Source: Flavobacterium sp. UBA7680
GTDB lineage: Bacteria; Bacteroidota; Bacteroidia; Flavobacteriales; Flavobacteriaceae
Direction: 5' to 3'
DNA length: 64,000 nt
Assembly: GCF_002482975.1 (NCBI RefSeq)
Contig: NZ_DLHA01000050.1
Coordinates: 254,546-318,545, forward strand
Below the pieces are notes generated by a model, which was not told the DNA's origin, searched no databases, and worked only from the letters and a program-made list of their open reading frames with translations. Shown here piece after piece: positions 9,164 through 20,385 of this stretch; the stretch's first letter is position 1; every line of letters begins with the position of its first letter. The position numbers and the translations under genes were made by a program.

Positions 9164-9811
9164 TTATAATATTTCAATTAATTCTGAAGCATTGTTGATA
9201 ACCAATTTTGCGCCACTTGTTTTCAATTCTTCTTCAGTTCTGTAGCCCCAAGAAACACCAACCGGAAACATATTAGCGTTTACTGCCGTCTGCATATCGA
9301 TATCAGAATCGCCTACAAAAAGAATTTCTTCTGGTTTCAAATTCCAGCTTTTGCTTATTTCAACAGCTTCAAACGGATTTGGTTTTTTCAATGCTTCGGT
9401 GCTTAAACCAACAGCAGTATCAAAATAATCAGGAAATATTTCTGATGCTATTTTTTTAGTCAGCTCATCGGCTTTGTTCGAGAAAACAGCCAGTTTGATA
9501 TTTTGTGAAGTCAAATTATCTAATAATTCTAAAATCCCCTCATACGGTTTTGTTTTTAACGTGCAGATTTTTCGGTATTCATTTACCATACAATCAAAAC
9601 AAATTTCAATTTGATCGTCTGAATTATTAGCTGCAGGAAGTGCTTTACTAACTAAATTTCGCAAACCGCTCCCGATAAAATATTGATAGGTATCGTAAGT
9701 ATGAGTTGGATAATTTAGACCTTTAAGAACGATATTCATCGCATCTGAAATATCGTGCAATGAATCAACTAACGTTCCGTCTAAATCAAAAATAATTCCT
9801 TTAAATTTCAT
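9164..9811 (-). CDS. HAD-superfamily hydrolase (phosphoglycolate phosphatase-like)
   Basis: Motif I is FDLDGTLVDS. The later VGDSDIDMQTA matches motif IV. 215 aa. Confidence 0.8.
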   Translation of the reverse strand: MKFKGIIFDLDGTLVDSLHDISDAMNIVLKGLNYPTHTYDTYQYFIGSGLRNLVSKALPAANNSDDQIEICFDCMVNEYRKICTLKTKPYEGILELLDNLTSQNIKLAVFSNKADELTKKIASEIFPDYFDTAVGLSTEALKKPNPFEAVEISKSWNLKPEEILFVGDSDIDMQTAVNANMFPVGVSWGYRTEEELKTSGAKLVINNASELIEIL

Positions 9812-9816
9812 TCTAT

Positions 9817-11025
9817 TTATATATTATTGGCTAAAATAAACCCGCTTGTCCAGGCATTCTGAAAATTAAAACCTCCGGTTATAGCATCGATATTGACAAT
9901 TTCGCCAGCAAAATAAAGGTTTTGATGAATTTTACTTTCCATTGTTTTGAAGTTAATTTCTTTTAAATCGATTCCGCCTGCGGTTACAAATTCTTCTTTG
10001 AAAGTACTTTTCCCGTTGACTTTAAATTCTGCTTTTGTTAATTGAGAGACTAAATTCTGTAATTGAATTTTCGATAAATCGGCCCATTTGGTTTCAACTT
10101 CAATTCCCGAAGCCAAAACTAAACTTTCCCATAAACGATTCGGAAAGTCAAAAGGAGATTTTTTAGAAACGGCTTTTTTGGCGTGTTCTTGTTTTAAGTC
10201 TTTTAGAATTTTTTCGGCGTCTTCAGTATCAACATCATTTAACCAATTAACAAAAATGGTAAACTGATAATTTTTATCGAATAAAATTCGCGCTCCCCAA
10301 GCCGAAAGTTTTAAAATCGCCGGACCGCTCATTCCCCAATGTGTGATTAACAAAGGCCCTGTCGATTCTAGTTTAGTATCTTTTACGTTTACGGTAACTT
10401 GTGCCGCAACGCCGGGTAATTCTTTAATTCGAGAATCTTTGATGTTGAAAGTAAATAGGGAAGGAACGGGGCTCACAACAGCGTGTCCGTGTTCTTGAAG
10501 CATTTCCCAGATTTTAGGATTGCTTCCCGTTGCCATAACTAATTTTTCGGTAGTATAATTATCGCTTTGTGTATCAATTTTCCAATGATTTTCTTTTTTG
10601 AAAATAGATTGTACACTTTGTCCCGTCAGTACTTTTATACCTAATTTTTCAGTTGCTTTTAGGAAACAATCTATAATAGTTTGAGAAGAATTAGAAACCG
10701 GAAACATTCTGCCGTCTTCTTCAATTTTTAATTCTACGCCGTGTTTTTCGAACCATTCAATTGTGTCTCCCGAACAAAATTGATGAAACGGACCACGAAG
10801 TTCTTTTTCGCCTCGCGGATAAAATTTTACCAATTCATTGGGTTCAAAACAAGCGTGCGTAACATTGCAGCGTCCGCCGCCAGAAATGCGGACTTTAGAA
10901 AGTACTTCTTTTCCTCTTTCTAAAATAGCGATTTTTAGTTTCGGATTTTTCTCTGCAATATTAATCGCTGTAAAAAAACCTGCAGCGCCTCCGCCAACGA
11001 TGATTATGTCGAAATTTTTGATCAT
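9817..11025 (-). CDS. HI0933/BaiN-family FAD-dependent oxidoreductase
   Basis: It has a dinucleotide-binding DIIIVGGGAAGFF, plus SGGGRCNVTH and a C-terminal GGFNFQ motif typical of the family. I chose the ATG at 11025, because the track's GTG at 11052 lies inside a CACGAATT repeat. Confidence 0.75.
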   Translation of the reverse strand: MIKNFDIIIVGGGAAGFFTAINIAEKNPKLKIAILERGKEVLSKVRISGGGRCNVTHACFEPNELVKFYPRGEKELRGPFHQFCSGDTIEWFEKHGVELKIEEDGRMFPVSNSSQTIIDCFLKATEKLGIKVLTGQSVQSIFKKENHWKIDTQSDNYTTEKLVMATGSNPKIWEMLQEHGHAVVSPVPSLFTFNIKDSRIKELPGVAAQVTVNVKDTKLESTGPLLITHWGMSGPAILKLSAWGARILFDKNYQFTIFVNWLNDVDTEDAEKILKDLKQEHAKKAVSKKSPFDFPNRLWESLVLASGIEVETKWADLSKIQLQNLVSQLTKAEFKVNGKSTFKEEFVTAGGIDLKEINFKTMESKIHQNLYFAGEIVNIDAITGGFNFQNAWTSGFILANNI

Positions 11026-11126
11026 ATTTTTTTGAGTTGCCACGAATTTCACGAATTGGCACTAATTTTTTTGCCACAGATTATACAGATTAAAAGGATT
11101 TTTAAATCTATAGATTCGCTAAATTA

Positions 11127-11158
11127 ACTTTGTCAAAGTTTTAAACTTTGACAAAGTT
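11127..11158. repeat. Palindrome aactttgtcaaagtt / aactttgacaaagtt downstream of the phosphodiesterase gene
   Basis: Two 15-nt inverted copies are separated by 2 nt, and each half is itself near-palindromic. A single CACGAATT-type half element lies at 11039..11062. Confidence 0.7.
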
Positions 11159-11173
11159 TCTCGTGATGCATTT

Positions 11174-11851
11174 TTATATTTTGTCTGGATTATCAGAGAT
11201 AATTCCGTCTACATTATAACTTTTTACTTTTTGGATGTCTTTTTCGGAGTTCACTGTCCAAGGCAAAACTAAGAATCCTTTTCCCTGTATTTCTTTTACA
11301 TTTTCTGCATTTAGTAATTGAAAATCAGGATTAATGGCTTTTGCTTTTATTTTTTCGGCGAAAGCCAGAGCGGTGTCAAGATTTTCTTCTGTTAAAACAC
11401 CAATTGCAATTTTTGGATTTAAATTGGATGTTTCTTGGAGCATATTCCAATCGAAACTTGAAACGATAAAATGATCGTAATTCCAGTTTTTCTCCAAAAT
11501 ATATTTTTCTATCAGCGATACAATTTTACTGGGAGTTCCTAAACCTTTTAATTCAATATTGATCAGGCATTTTTTGTCGACCAAATCAAAAACTTCATTT
11601 AGAGTTGGGATTTGGTCTTTCCCATCAATCAGAAACGATTTTAATTCAGCTAAAGTAAAATCATTTACAAAACCTTTTCCATTAGTGGTTCTGTCTATAG
11701 TTTCGTCGTGAATTACGATAATATGTTCGTCAGCGCTAAGGTGAACGTCAAGTTCAATTCCGTCTGAATTTAGGTCTAAGGCTTTTTGAAAAGCTTGAAG
11801 TGTATTTTCAGGTTCGTAGGCTTTGGCGCCTCGATGTGCAATTTTGAGCAT
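11174..11851 (-). CDS. Glycerophosphodiester phosphodiesterase (GDPD family)
   Basis: It has AHRGA..ENT and IELDVHLSADEHIIVIHD motifs. 225 aa. Confidence 0.85.
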   Translation of the reverse strand: MLKIAHRGAKAYEPENTLQAFQKALDLNSDGIELDVHLSADEHIIVIHDETIDRTTNGKGFVNDFTLAELKSFLIDGKDQIPTLNEVFDLVDKKCLINIELKGLGTPSKIVSLIEKYILEKNWNYDHFIVSSFDWNMLQETSNLNPKIAIGVLTEENLDTALAFAEKIKAKAINPDFQLLNAENVKEIQGKGFLVLPWTVNSEKDIQKVKSYNVDGIISDNPDKI

Positions 11852-11867
11852 TTTGCAGTGTTTTTTT

Positions 11868-12017
11868 CTAACCGCAAAGGTCGCAAAGTTTTACGCAAGG
11901 TTCGCAAGGAATTATTAAAAATTAAATAGCCACGAATTCACGAATTTTATTTTCAAAGATTATCAAAAATAATTCGTGAATTCGTGGCTAAAAAATCTTA
12001 GCGCTCTTTGCGGTTAG
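11868..12017. repeat. Nested composite element: CACGAATT palindrome inside a CGCAAAG-type palindrome
   Basis: Outer arms are ctaaccgcaaag 11868..11879 and ctttgcggttag 12006..12017. Four roughly 10-bp-phased CGCAA(A)G units lie at 11871..11910. Inner arms are tagccacgaattcacgaatt 11927..11946 and aattcgtgaattcgtggcta 11971..11990. Confidence 0.85.
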
Positions 12018-13681
12018 ATGAGTTCCAGTAAAACAATATCAAATTCACTGTCGATTATTACTTTTCCATCAATAACTTCTACTTTTTGATCGGAGTATGT
12101 TTCTTTTAATTTAGTTCCGTTTGGGAAAACGTCGCCAACAGGAAGTTCTTTTCTACCTTTTGGTAAATCTACTCCCATAACTACCTTGTCTGTATAAACA
12201 CCTTTTGTGTAGATTCTAGAAAATGTATAAGGCCATGGATTAATCAGTTTGTGAACACCCGCTCCAACTGCAGGATGATTTCTTCTAAATTGCCCTAATT
12301 TCTGCCAATGTAAAAGTGTTTTCTGCGTTTCAGGATTGTTCTGAATATCGTCCCAATTCATGTTTGAACGTAAAGTGGCATCGCCATTTGTACCTTCAAT
12401 TACTAAAGAACGATTTGATTCATCGCCATAATAAACCTGAGACATTCCCGGGGAAAGCAAAAGTTTTGTTCCAGTTTCGATGCCTTTTACTCGGTTGGCA
12501 TCAAAAGGCTGTCCGTCGTCATGTGAAGACATATAATTTAAAACCGAATATCCCTTTAAATCATTGTTCAAAGCATTCGAATATTTCGAAAATAAACCTT
12601 CATAATCGTTTTGAGCAGCATTCCATTTAAACTCAAAATTGATCATGCTGTTAAAACCATTTTGGAAATAATTTACTTTTCGATCTCCAAAATCATAATC
12701 CTGTCCGCCGCTCATTCCGTAACCATAAACCTCAGCAATTGTATAAAACGGATTCTGATCTAAAACTTCAAGCGGATGATGTTTTTTCCAGGTTTCAAAT
12801 GCGTAATCACATTGTGTTTTAAAATCAGCCCAAACGCCTTCTTCGGTATGTTTTACGGTATCGGCGCGATAACCATCAATTCCGAATTCTGTGATATAAT
12901 CGGTAAGCCATTTTATGATGTAATATTTTGGACTTCTTGGATATCCAGTTCTTTTGAAAAATTCATCAAGAGAAGCAATTTCTTTTTCATAACGACCTTC
13001 TTTTTTCCATTTTTCGATTAAAAAAGGAGGTAATTCCACATTTTGAGTACTTTCGGTTTTTACGTCTGGAAGATTTTCTACCAAAGTACACATAGTCGTA
13101 TTTTCAAATGATTTGTAATCGCAGACAACGCCTGTTCTTACCCAGTCAGAAGGCCAAACGGGATCTTCGGGAGTTACGGGTCCTGTATGATTAATTACGC
13201 CGTCAAGAATTATTCTGATGCCTTTTTCGTGTGCTTTTTTTACGAGTTTGGCTAAATCTTCTTTAGTTCCGAAGTTTGGATCGAGAGCCGTCCAGTCTTT
13301 CGCCCAATAACCGTGAAAGCCATAACTAAGCCCGGTTCCTTCGTCAACGCCATCGTGAATTTGTTCTACAATCGGCGTAAGCCAAATGGCATTTATTCCT
13401 AATTTTTCAAAATATCCTGATTCGATTTTTTTGATAATTCCAATGATGTCGCCACCTTCAAATCCACGTAATTTTCCGGGAGTTTTGGTTCGGTTAAAAT
13501 TGATGTCGTTTGAAGTATCTCCATTGTAAAAACGATCTGTAAGTAAAAAATAAACATTTGCCCCTTCCCAAACGAAAGGTGTTTTCGAAGTATTTTCGTT
13601 ATTCATTGTAACTGATTTTGAGCCAGAACAACTCATTGTTAAGTATACTAAAGATAAAAAAAGGAAAGTGTATTTTTTCAT
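12014..13681 (-). CDS. GH13 alpha-amylase, lipoprotein
   Basis: It has a lipoprotein signal (LTMSCSGS) and GH13 regions DGVINHTG, GIDGYRADTVKH, EVYGY and MSSHDD. 555 aa. Confidence 0.85.
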   Translation of the reverse strand: MKKYTFLFLSLVYLTMSCSGSKSVTMNNENTSKTPFVWEGANVYFLLTDRFYNGDTSNDINFNRTKTPGKLRGFEGGDIIGIIKKIESGYFEKLGINAIWLTPIVEQIHDGVDEGTGLSYGFHGYWAKDWTALDPNFGTKEDLAKLVKKAHEKGIRIILDGVINHTGPVTPEDPVWPSDWVRTGVVCDYKSFENTTMCTLVENLPDVKTESTQNVELPPFLIEKWKKEGRYEKEIASLDEFFKRTGYPRSPKYYIIKWLTDYITEFGIDGYRADTVKHTEEGVWADFKTQCDYAFETWKKHHPLEVLDQNPFYTIAEVYGYGMSGGQDYDFGDRKVNYFQNGFNSMINFEFKWNAAQNDYEGLFSKYSNALNNDLKGYSVLNYMSSHDDGQPFDANRVKGIETGTKLLLSPGMSQVYYGDESNRSLVIEGTNGDATLRSNMNWDDIQNNPETQKTLLHWQKLGQFRRNHPAVGAGVHKLINPWPYTFSRIYTKGVYTDKVVMGVDLPKGRKELPVGDVFPNGTKLKETYSDQKVEVIDGKVIIDSEFDIVLLELI

Positions 13682-13717
13682 TTATTCTAAATTTAACTAA
13701 GATTTATAATAAAAGGT

Positions 13718-13796
13718 TCCGCCACGAATTTCACAAATTTTCACAAATCTAAATCTGATTATTAATTCGTGGAAATTTGTGAAATTCGTGGCGGAA
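13718..13796. repeat. 28-nt inverted repeat (CACGAATT/CACAAATT type), 23-nt spacer
   Basis: ttccgccacgaatttcacaaattttcac 13718..13745 pairs with gtggaaatttgtgaaattcgtggcggaa 13769..13796 with 1 mismatch. A second imperfect hairpin cgtagacgca/tgcgtctctacg lies at 13804..13832. Confidence 0.85.
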
Positions 13797-13853
13797 AAAC
13801 TTTGCGTAGACGCACTGCTGTGCGTCTCTACGTTATATGCTGTGTGTTTAAAA

Positions 13854-15719
13854 TTATTCCAATTCTAAAACCAATGCTGATTTTGGTTCTAAAGTAATTT
13901 CAGAGGTTAAATCGAATGTTTTTCCTGTGATAACATCTTTTCCTGATTTAAAGTTTTTGATGCTCTCTTTAAAACGATTTGTTTTTACAACTTGCTCTTT
14001 TGCATTGTTATTGAAAACTACCATTACCGTTTTGTTGTCAGTATATCTGAAATATACATAAGTATTGTTTTCAGGAATATAGTGCGTCATTTTTCCGAAA
14101 TGAACCGCTTCGTTTGTTTTTCTCCAAGTGAATAATTTTGAAGTAAAATCAAAGTAAGCCGCTTGTTCTGCCGTTCTTCCTTCTTTTGTAAAAGCATTGT
14201 TTTTGTCGTCAGCCCATCCGCCTGGGAAATCCTGACGAATATCGGCATCTCCGCCTTTTCCTTTATCACCGCCCATTCCAATTTCTGAACCGTAATACAC
14301 TTGTGGGATTCCACGAACTGTAGCCAATAAAATCATTGCCAGTTTGTATTTTGGTAAATCATATTTGAATTTATCGTTTATACGATCGGTGTCATGATTT
14401 TCAGCAAAAACTAAAATGTTATTGATGTTTGGATATAAAAAATCCATTGCAAAATTGTTGTAGAATTTAATCAATCCGCTGTCCCAGTTTGGTGTATCTT
14501 CACCAAAAGCAGAAGTAATCTGACTTTGAAGCGTAAAATCCATTACACTTGGAAGGTTTGAATTGTAATTTTCAATCGCACCAATTTTACTGTCTTTTTG
14601 CCAATAAGCTAAATTCGCCTGATTGTGCATCCAGATTTCACCCACAATATTAAAATTAGGATATTCATTTGTAATTGATTTTGCCCAATTTGCCATTGCA
14701 GTTTGGTCAGAATAATTATAAGTATCAACTCTAAATCCGTCAAGATTAGCAAATTCAATCCACCAAATGGCATTTTGAGTTAAGTATTTTGCTACTAGAG
14801 GATTTCTTAGATTTAAGTCCGGCATTGAAGGTACAAACCAACCGTCAACACAAACTTCCTGATCTATTTTTGAAGCGTGAATATCTGTAATTACTTCACG
14901 ACGGTGGTGTGTTTGTGTGAAAGTTTCAAATTGATTGAACCAAGTTTTGGTTGGAATATCTTTCATCATCCAGTGCGTAATTCCCCAGTGATTCGTAACA
15001 TAATCCATAACCAGTTTTAGGTTCTTTTTGTGCATTTCTGCCGATAAACGAGCATAATCATCATTTGTTCCGTAACGTGGATCAATTTTATAAACATCAG
15101 ATTGTCCGTAAGTATGATACGAATGCTGTTTGTCGTTGTCTTCGCATAAAGGCGTACTCCAGATTGTCGTTGCACCAAGAGACGAAATATAATCTAAGTT
15201 TTTGATGATTCCTTCGATATCGCCGCCGTGACGTCCGCTTGGATCTTGACGATTTCCTTTTTCAGTTAAAGAAGCATTACTATCGTTTTTCGGATTTCCA
15301 TTTGCAAAACGATCTGGCATGATTAAATAAATCAAATCCGATGCATCGTAACTTTTTCTGTCGGCAGAATTGGCTCTTCTTTCTTTAAGAGAATATTTCT
15401 GCGTAAAAGCAACTTTATTTTTGGTTTTGAAAGAAAAAACTAATTCTGAAGCTTTTAGGTTCTGCGTATCAATGGTAACGAAAAGGTAGTTTGGGTTTTC
15501 TGTTTTTTCTACATTTTTAATCACCACATTGTTTGAAACAGAAGCTTCATATTGTGCAATGTTTTTTCCGTAGAACATAATCTGGAGTTCCGGATTTTTC
15601 ATTCCTGCGTACCAAAATGGCGGTTCTACTTTTTGGATTTGCGCTTTCGCGGAAGCGGAAAATAGTAGAACAAACAGAATTATTTTATAAATCGAATGGT
15701 TGTTTTTTAGGTTATTCAT
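13854..15719 (-). CDS. GH13 neopullulanase/cyclomaltodextrinase-like enzyme (SusA-like), secreted
   Basis: It has a signal peptide (LLFSASAKAQ) and GH13 regions MDYVTNH, DGFRVDTYNY, GEIWMH and AENHDTDR. I chose the ATG at 15719, because the track's TTG at 15749 lies inside the inverted repeat. Confidence 0.8.
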   Translation of the reverse strand: MNNLKNNHSIYKIILFVLLFSASAKAQIQKVEPPFWYAGMKNPELQIMFYGKNIAQYEASVSNNVVIKNVEKTENPNYLFVTIDTQNLKASELVFSFKTKNKVAFTQKYSLKERRANSADRKSYDASDLIYLIMPDRFANGNPKNDSNASLTEKGNRQDPSGRHGGDIEGIIKNLDYISSLGATTIWSTPLCEDNDKQHSYHTYGQSDVYKIDPRYGTNDDYARLSAEMHKKNLKLVMDYVTNHWGITHWMMKDIPTKTWFNQFETFTQTHHRREVITDIHASKIDQEVCVDGWFVPSMPDLNLRNPLVAKYLTQNAIWWIEFANLDGFRVDTYNYSDQTAMANWAKSITNEYPNFNIVGEIWMHNQANLAYWQKDSKIGAIENYNSNLPSVMDFTLQSQITSAFGEDTPNWDSGLIKFYNNFAMDFLYPNINNILVFAENHDTDRINDKFKYDLPKYKLAMILLATVRGIPQVYYGSEIGMGGDKGKGGDADIRQDFPGGWADDKNNAFTKEGRTAEQAAYFDFTSKLFTWRKTNEAVHFGKMTHYIPENNTYVYFRYTDNKTVMVVFNNNAKEQVVKTNRFKESIKNFKSGKDVITGKTFDLTSEITLEPKSALVLELE

Positions 15720-15742
15720 AGTTTTTCTTTTTAGTTCGATTT

Positions 15743-15828
15743 CCTGCAACGTTTTGAAAACCTTGTAGGTATGAATGGAGTAAAGTAAAGTTTTTAGAAG
15801 ACCTACAAGGTTTTCAAAACCTTGCAGG
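15743..15828. repeat. 28-nt inverted repeat, 30-nt spacer, between the GH97 and GH13 genes
   Basis: cctgcaacgttttgaaaaccttgtaggt 15743..15770 pairs with acctacaaggttttcaaaaccttgcagg 15801..15828 with 1 mismatch. Confidence 0.85.
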
Positions 15829-15893
15829 ACAACTATAAGAGATTAAAAAAAAGACAAGCAATTTTGGGGAGAATTACCTGTCTTTTTAGGGTG

Positions 15894-18020
<2,127 letters not shown>

Positions 18021-18036
18021 TTAAGTGTATTGTAAT

Positions 18037-20340
18037 TTAATTTATTTGTACAAATTTACTTGCAATTACAGGATTTCCGTTAACCACAATTGTTAAATCT
18101 TGATCGCCGTCTACAGTAAATGTTGTTTCGTTATGATTTACAGCTACTTTTAAAATTTGGTTTCTGAAATTAATTTTAAAAGAATAACCTTTCCATTCTT
18201 TTGGAATTTTTGGAGAGAAATGCAATTGATTATTTTTTACTCGCATTCCACCAAAACCCTCTACAATACTCATCCAGGTTCCAGCCATTGACGTGATGTG
18301 ACAGCCTTCTTCAACTTCTTTATTATAATCGTCCAAATCCAGACGAGAAGTTCTTAAATAGAAAGTATAAGCCATATCCATTTTGTCTAAAACAGCAGCC
18401 TGGATAGAGTGTACGCAAGGCGAAAGCGAACTTTCATGAACAGTAAATGATTCATAAAATTCGAAATTACGCTGTAATTCTTCTCTTGAAAAATGATCTT
18501 CGAAGAAATAGAAACATTGTAAAACGTCGGCTTGCTTAATATAAGGAGAACGTAAAACACGATCCCAAGACCATTTTTGGTTTATTGGACGCTGCGAACG
18601 ATCTAAATCTTTTACGGGAACTAAATCTTTATCTAAGAAACCGTCTTGTTGCAAATATATTCCTAACTCTTGCGAAGTTGGGAAATACATATCATTGGCC
18701 ACTTTTTTCCATTCGTGAATTTCATTTGAAGAAAGATTTACTTTTTCTAAAACACGTTTGTGATCTGCAGGATATTCTAACGCAACTTTATTGATTTGAT
18801 CTGCCGCAAAATCAATACACCATTTTGCAATATAATTGGTGTAGAAATTATTGTTGATGTTGTTTTCGTATTCGTTTGGCCCTGTAACTCCAAGAATTAC
18901 ATATTGGTTTTTCTCTTTTGAAAAAGAAGCTCTTTGGTGCCAGAAACGTGCAATACCAATTAAAACTTCTAAACCTTTTTCTGGAATATAAGAGTAATCG
19001 CCGGTGTAACGGTAATAGTTGTAAATCGCAAAAGCAATCGCACCATTTCTGTGGATTTCTTCGTGCGTGATTTCCCATTCGTTGTGGCATTCTTCACCGT
19101 TCATAGTAACCATTGGATATAATGCAGCGCCGTTTTTGAAACCTAAATTATCTTTGGCATTTTCAATCGCTTTATCCAATTGATTGAAACGGTAAGTCAA
19201 TAAATTTCTTGCAACCTGCTGATCTTTTGTTGCCATGTAAAACGGAATACAATAAGCCTCAGTATCCCAATAAGTTGATCCGCCGTATTTTTCTCCGGTA
19301 AAACCTTTTGGACCAATGTTTAATCGGCTGTCTTTTCCTGAATACGTTTGATTTAATTGGAAGATGTTGAAACGAATTCCTTGCTGTGCTTTTACATCGC
19401 CTTCAATTGTAATATCTGACATTTCCCAGATTTTTTCCCAAGCTTCAACTTGATTTTGAAGTAAAGCATCGTATCCTGAATTTACTGCCGATTTTATTAC
19501 TTTTTCGGCTGCAGCCAAAGTGTTTTCGTGATTTAAAGAAACAGTATATCCACCAATTTTTTGAATGGATGAGGTTTGTCCTTTTGCAATAATAGTTCCG
19601 TAAGTGTACTGAACTTTATCTGTTGTTGAATCGATTGTTGATGGTGAAACATGAATATCTTCACCGTTTGCCAAAATCGTATTGTGCATAAAAGTCGTAA
19701 CTTTAAAATGCGTTTTAAACGTTTGAGCGGTTACAAAAGCTTCGTTTGTTCCTTTTTTTACTTCAAGCGGTTCCCAGAATTTTTCTTCCCAGTTGGCATC
19801 TTCATTGGTTACACCTGCGTCAACATAAGGTTTGTAAACGATTTTTGCATCTTTATTTAAAGGTGTAATATCGTATTTAATGATTCCCGCTTCGTCTAAA
19901 TCTAAAGAAAGAAAACGACGAACATTTACAGCGATTTCAGTTCCGTTTTTTAGAATTGCTTCAAAAGAACGATTGTACCATCCTTCTTTCATATTCAATT
20001 CTCTGCGAAAGTTTCTAACTTCGGTACAAGTGTTTAAATCAAGATTTTCTTCGTTGATTTCAATGTCAATTCCTATCCAGTTTGGAGCGTTAAGTACTTT
20101 GGCAAAATATTTTGGATAACCGTTTTTCCACCATCCCACTTTTGTTTTGTCCGGATAATAAATTCCAGCGATATAACTTCCCTGAAAAGTTTCTGCTGAA
20201 TATGTTTCTTCAAAATTGGCGCGTTGTCCCATAGCACCGTTCCCGATACTAAAAAGACTTTCAGACGATTTTACTCTCTCGGCATCAAATCCTTCTTCTA
20301 TAATTGACCAATTGTCTGGTTTTATATAATCTTGGTTCAT
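18037..20340 (-). CDS. GH65 maltose phosphorylase (cytoplasmic)
   Basis: 767 aa with no signal peptide. GH65-like blocks include GPKGFTGEKYGGSTYWDTE and HITSMAGTW. The adjacent beta-phosphoglucomutase gene supports a maltose/kojibiose-type phosphorylase. Confidence 0.8.
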   Translation of the reverse strand: MNQDYIKPDNWSIIEEGFDAERVKSSESLFSIGNGAMGQRANFEETYSAETFQGSYIAGIYYPDKTKVGWWKNGYPKYFAKVLNAPNWIGIDIEINEENLDLNTCTEVRNFRRELNMKEGWYNRSFEAILKNGTEIAVNVRRFLSLDLDEAGIIKYDITPLNKDAKIVYKPYVDAGVTNEDANWEEKFWEPLEVKKGTNEAFVTAQTFKTHFKVTTFMHNTILANGEDIHVSPSTIDSTTDKVQYTYGTIIAKGQTSSIQKIGGYTVSLNHENTLAAAEKVIKSAVNSGYDALLQNQVEAWEKIWEMSDITIEGDVKAQQGIRFNIFQLNQTYSGKDSRLNIGPKGFTGEKYGGSTYWDTEAYCIPFYMATKDQQVARNLLTYRFNQLDKAIENAKDNLGFKNGAALYPMVTMNGEECHNEWEITHEEIHRNGAIAFAIYNYYRYTGDYSYIPEKGLEVLIGIARFWHQRASFSKEKNQYVILGVTGPNEYENNINNNFYTNYIAKWCIDFAADQINKVALEYPADHKRVLEKVNLSSNEIHEWKKVANDMYFPTSQELGIYLQQDGFLDKDLVPVKDLDRSQRPINQKWSWDRVLRSPYIKQADVLQCFYFFEDHFSREELQRNFEFYESFTVHESSLSPCVHSIQAAVLDKMDMAYTFYLRTSRLDLDDYNKEVEEGCHITSMAGTWMSIVEGFGGMRVKNNQLHFSPKIPKEWKGYSFKINFRNQILKVAVNHNETTFTVDGDQDLTIVVNGNPVIASKFVQIN

Positions 20341-20385
20341 TTGTTTTTAAAGTGTTTTTCGTGATTGATTGATTTATGATTGATT

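Noticed and set aside
11026-11052. GTG-initiated N-terminal extension of the flavoprotein ORF. Similar TTG/GTG extensions occur at 15720..15749, 21046..21054, 38770..38811, 43996..44001, 46374..46382 and 60152..60220.
   Set aside because: The extensions start at non-ATG codons and add residues before the conserved N-terminal motifs or signal peptides. Two of them (11026..11052 and 15720..15749) are encoded by palindromic repeat arms. In every case a downstream in-frame ATG fits better.
20341-20385. gattgatt-type short repeats between the pgmB stop and the GH65 start
   Set aside because: On the coding strand this is simply an A/C/T-rich unstructured leader (aatcaatca...), typical of Bacteroidota translation-initiation regions. 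It has no symmetry and no copies elsewhere in the window.
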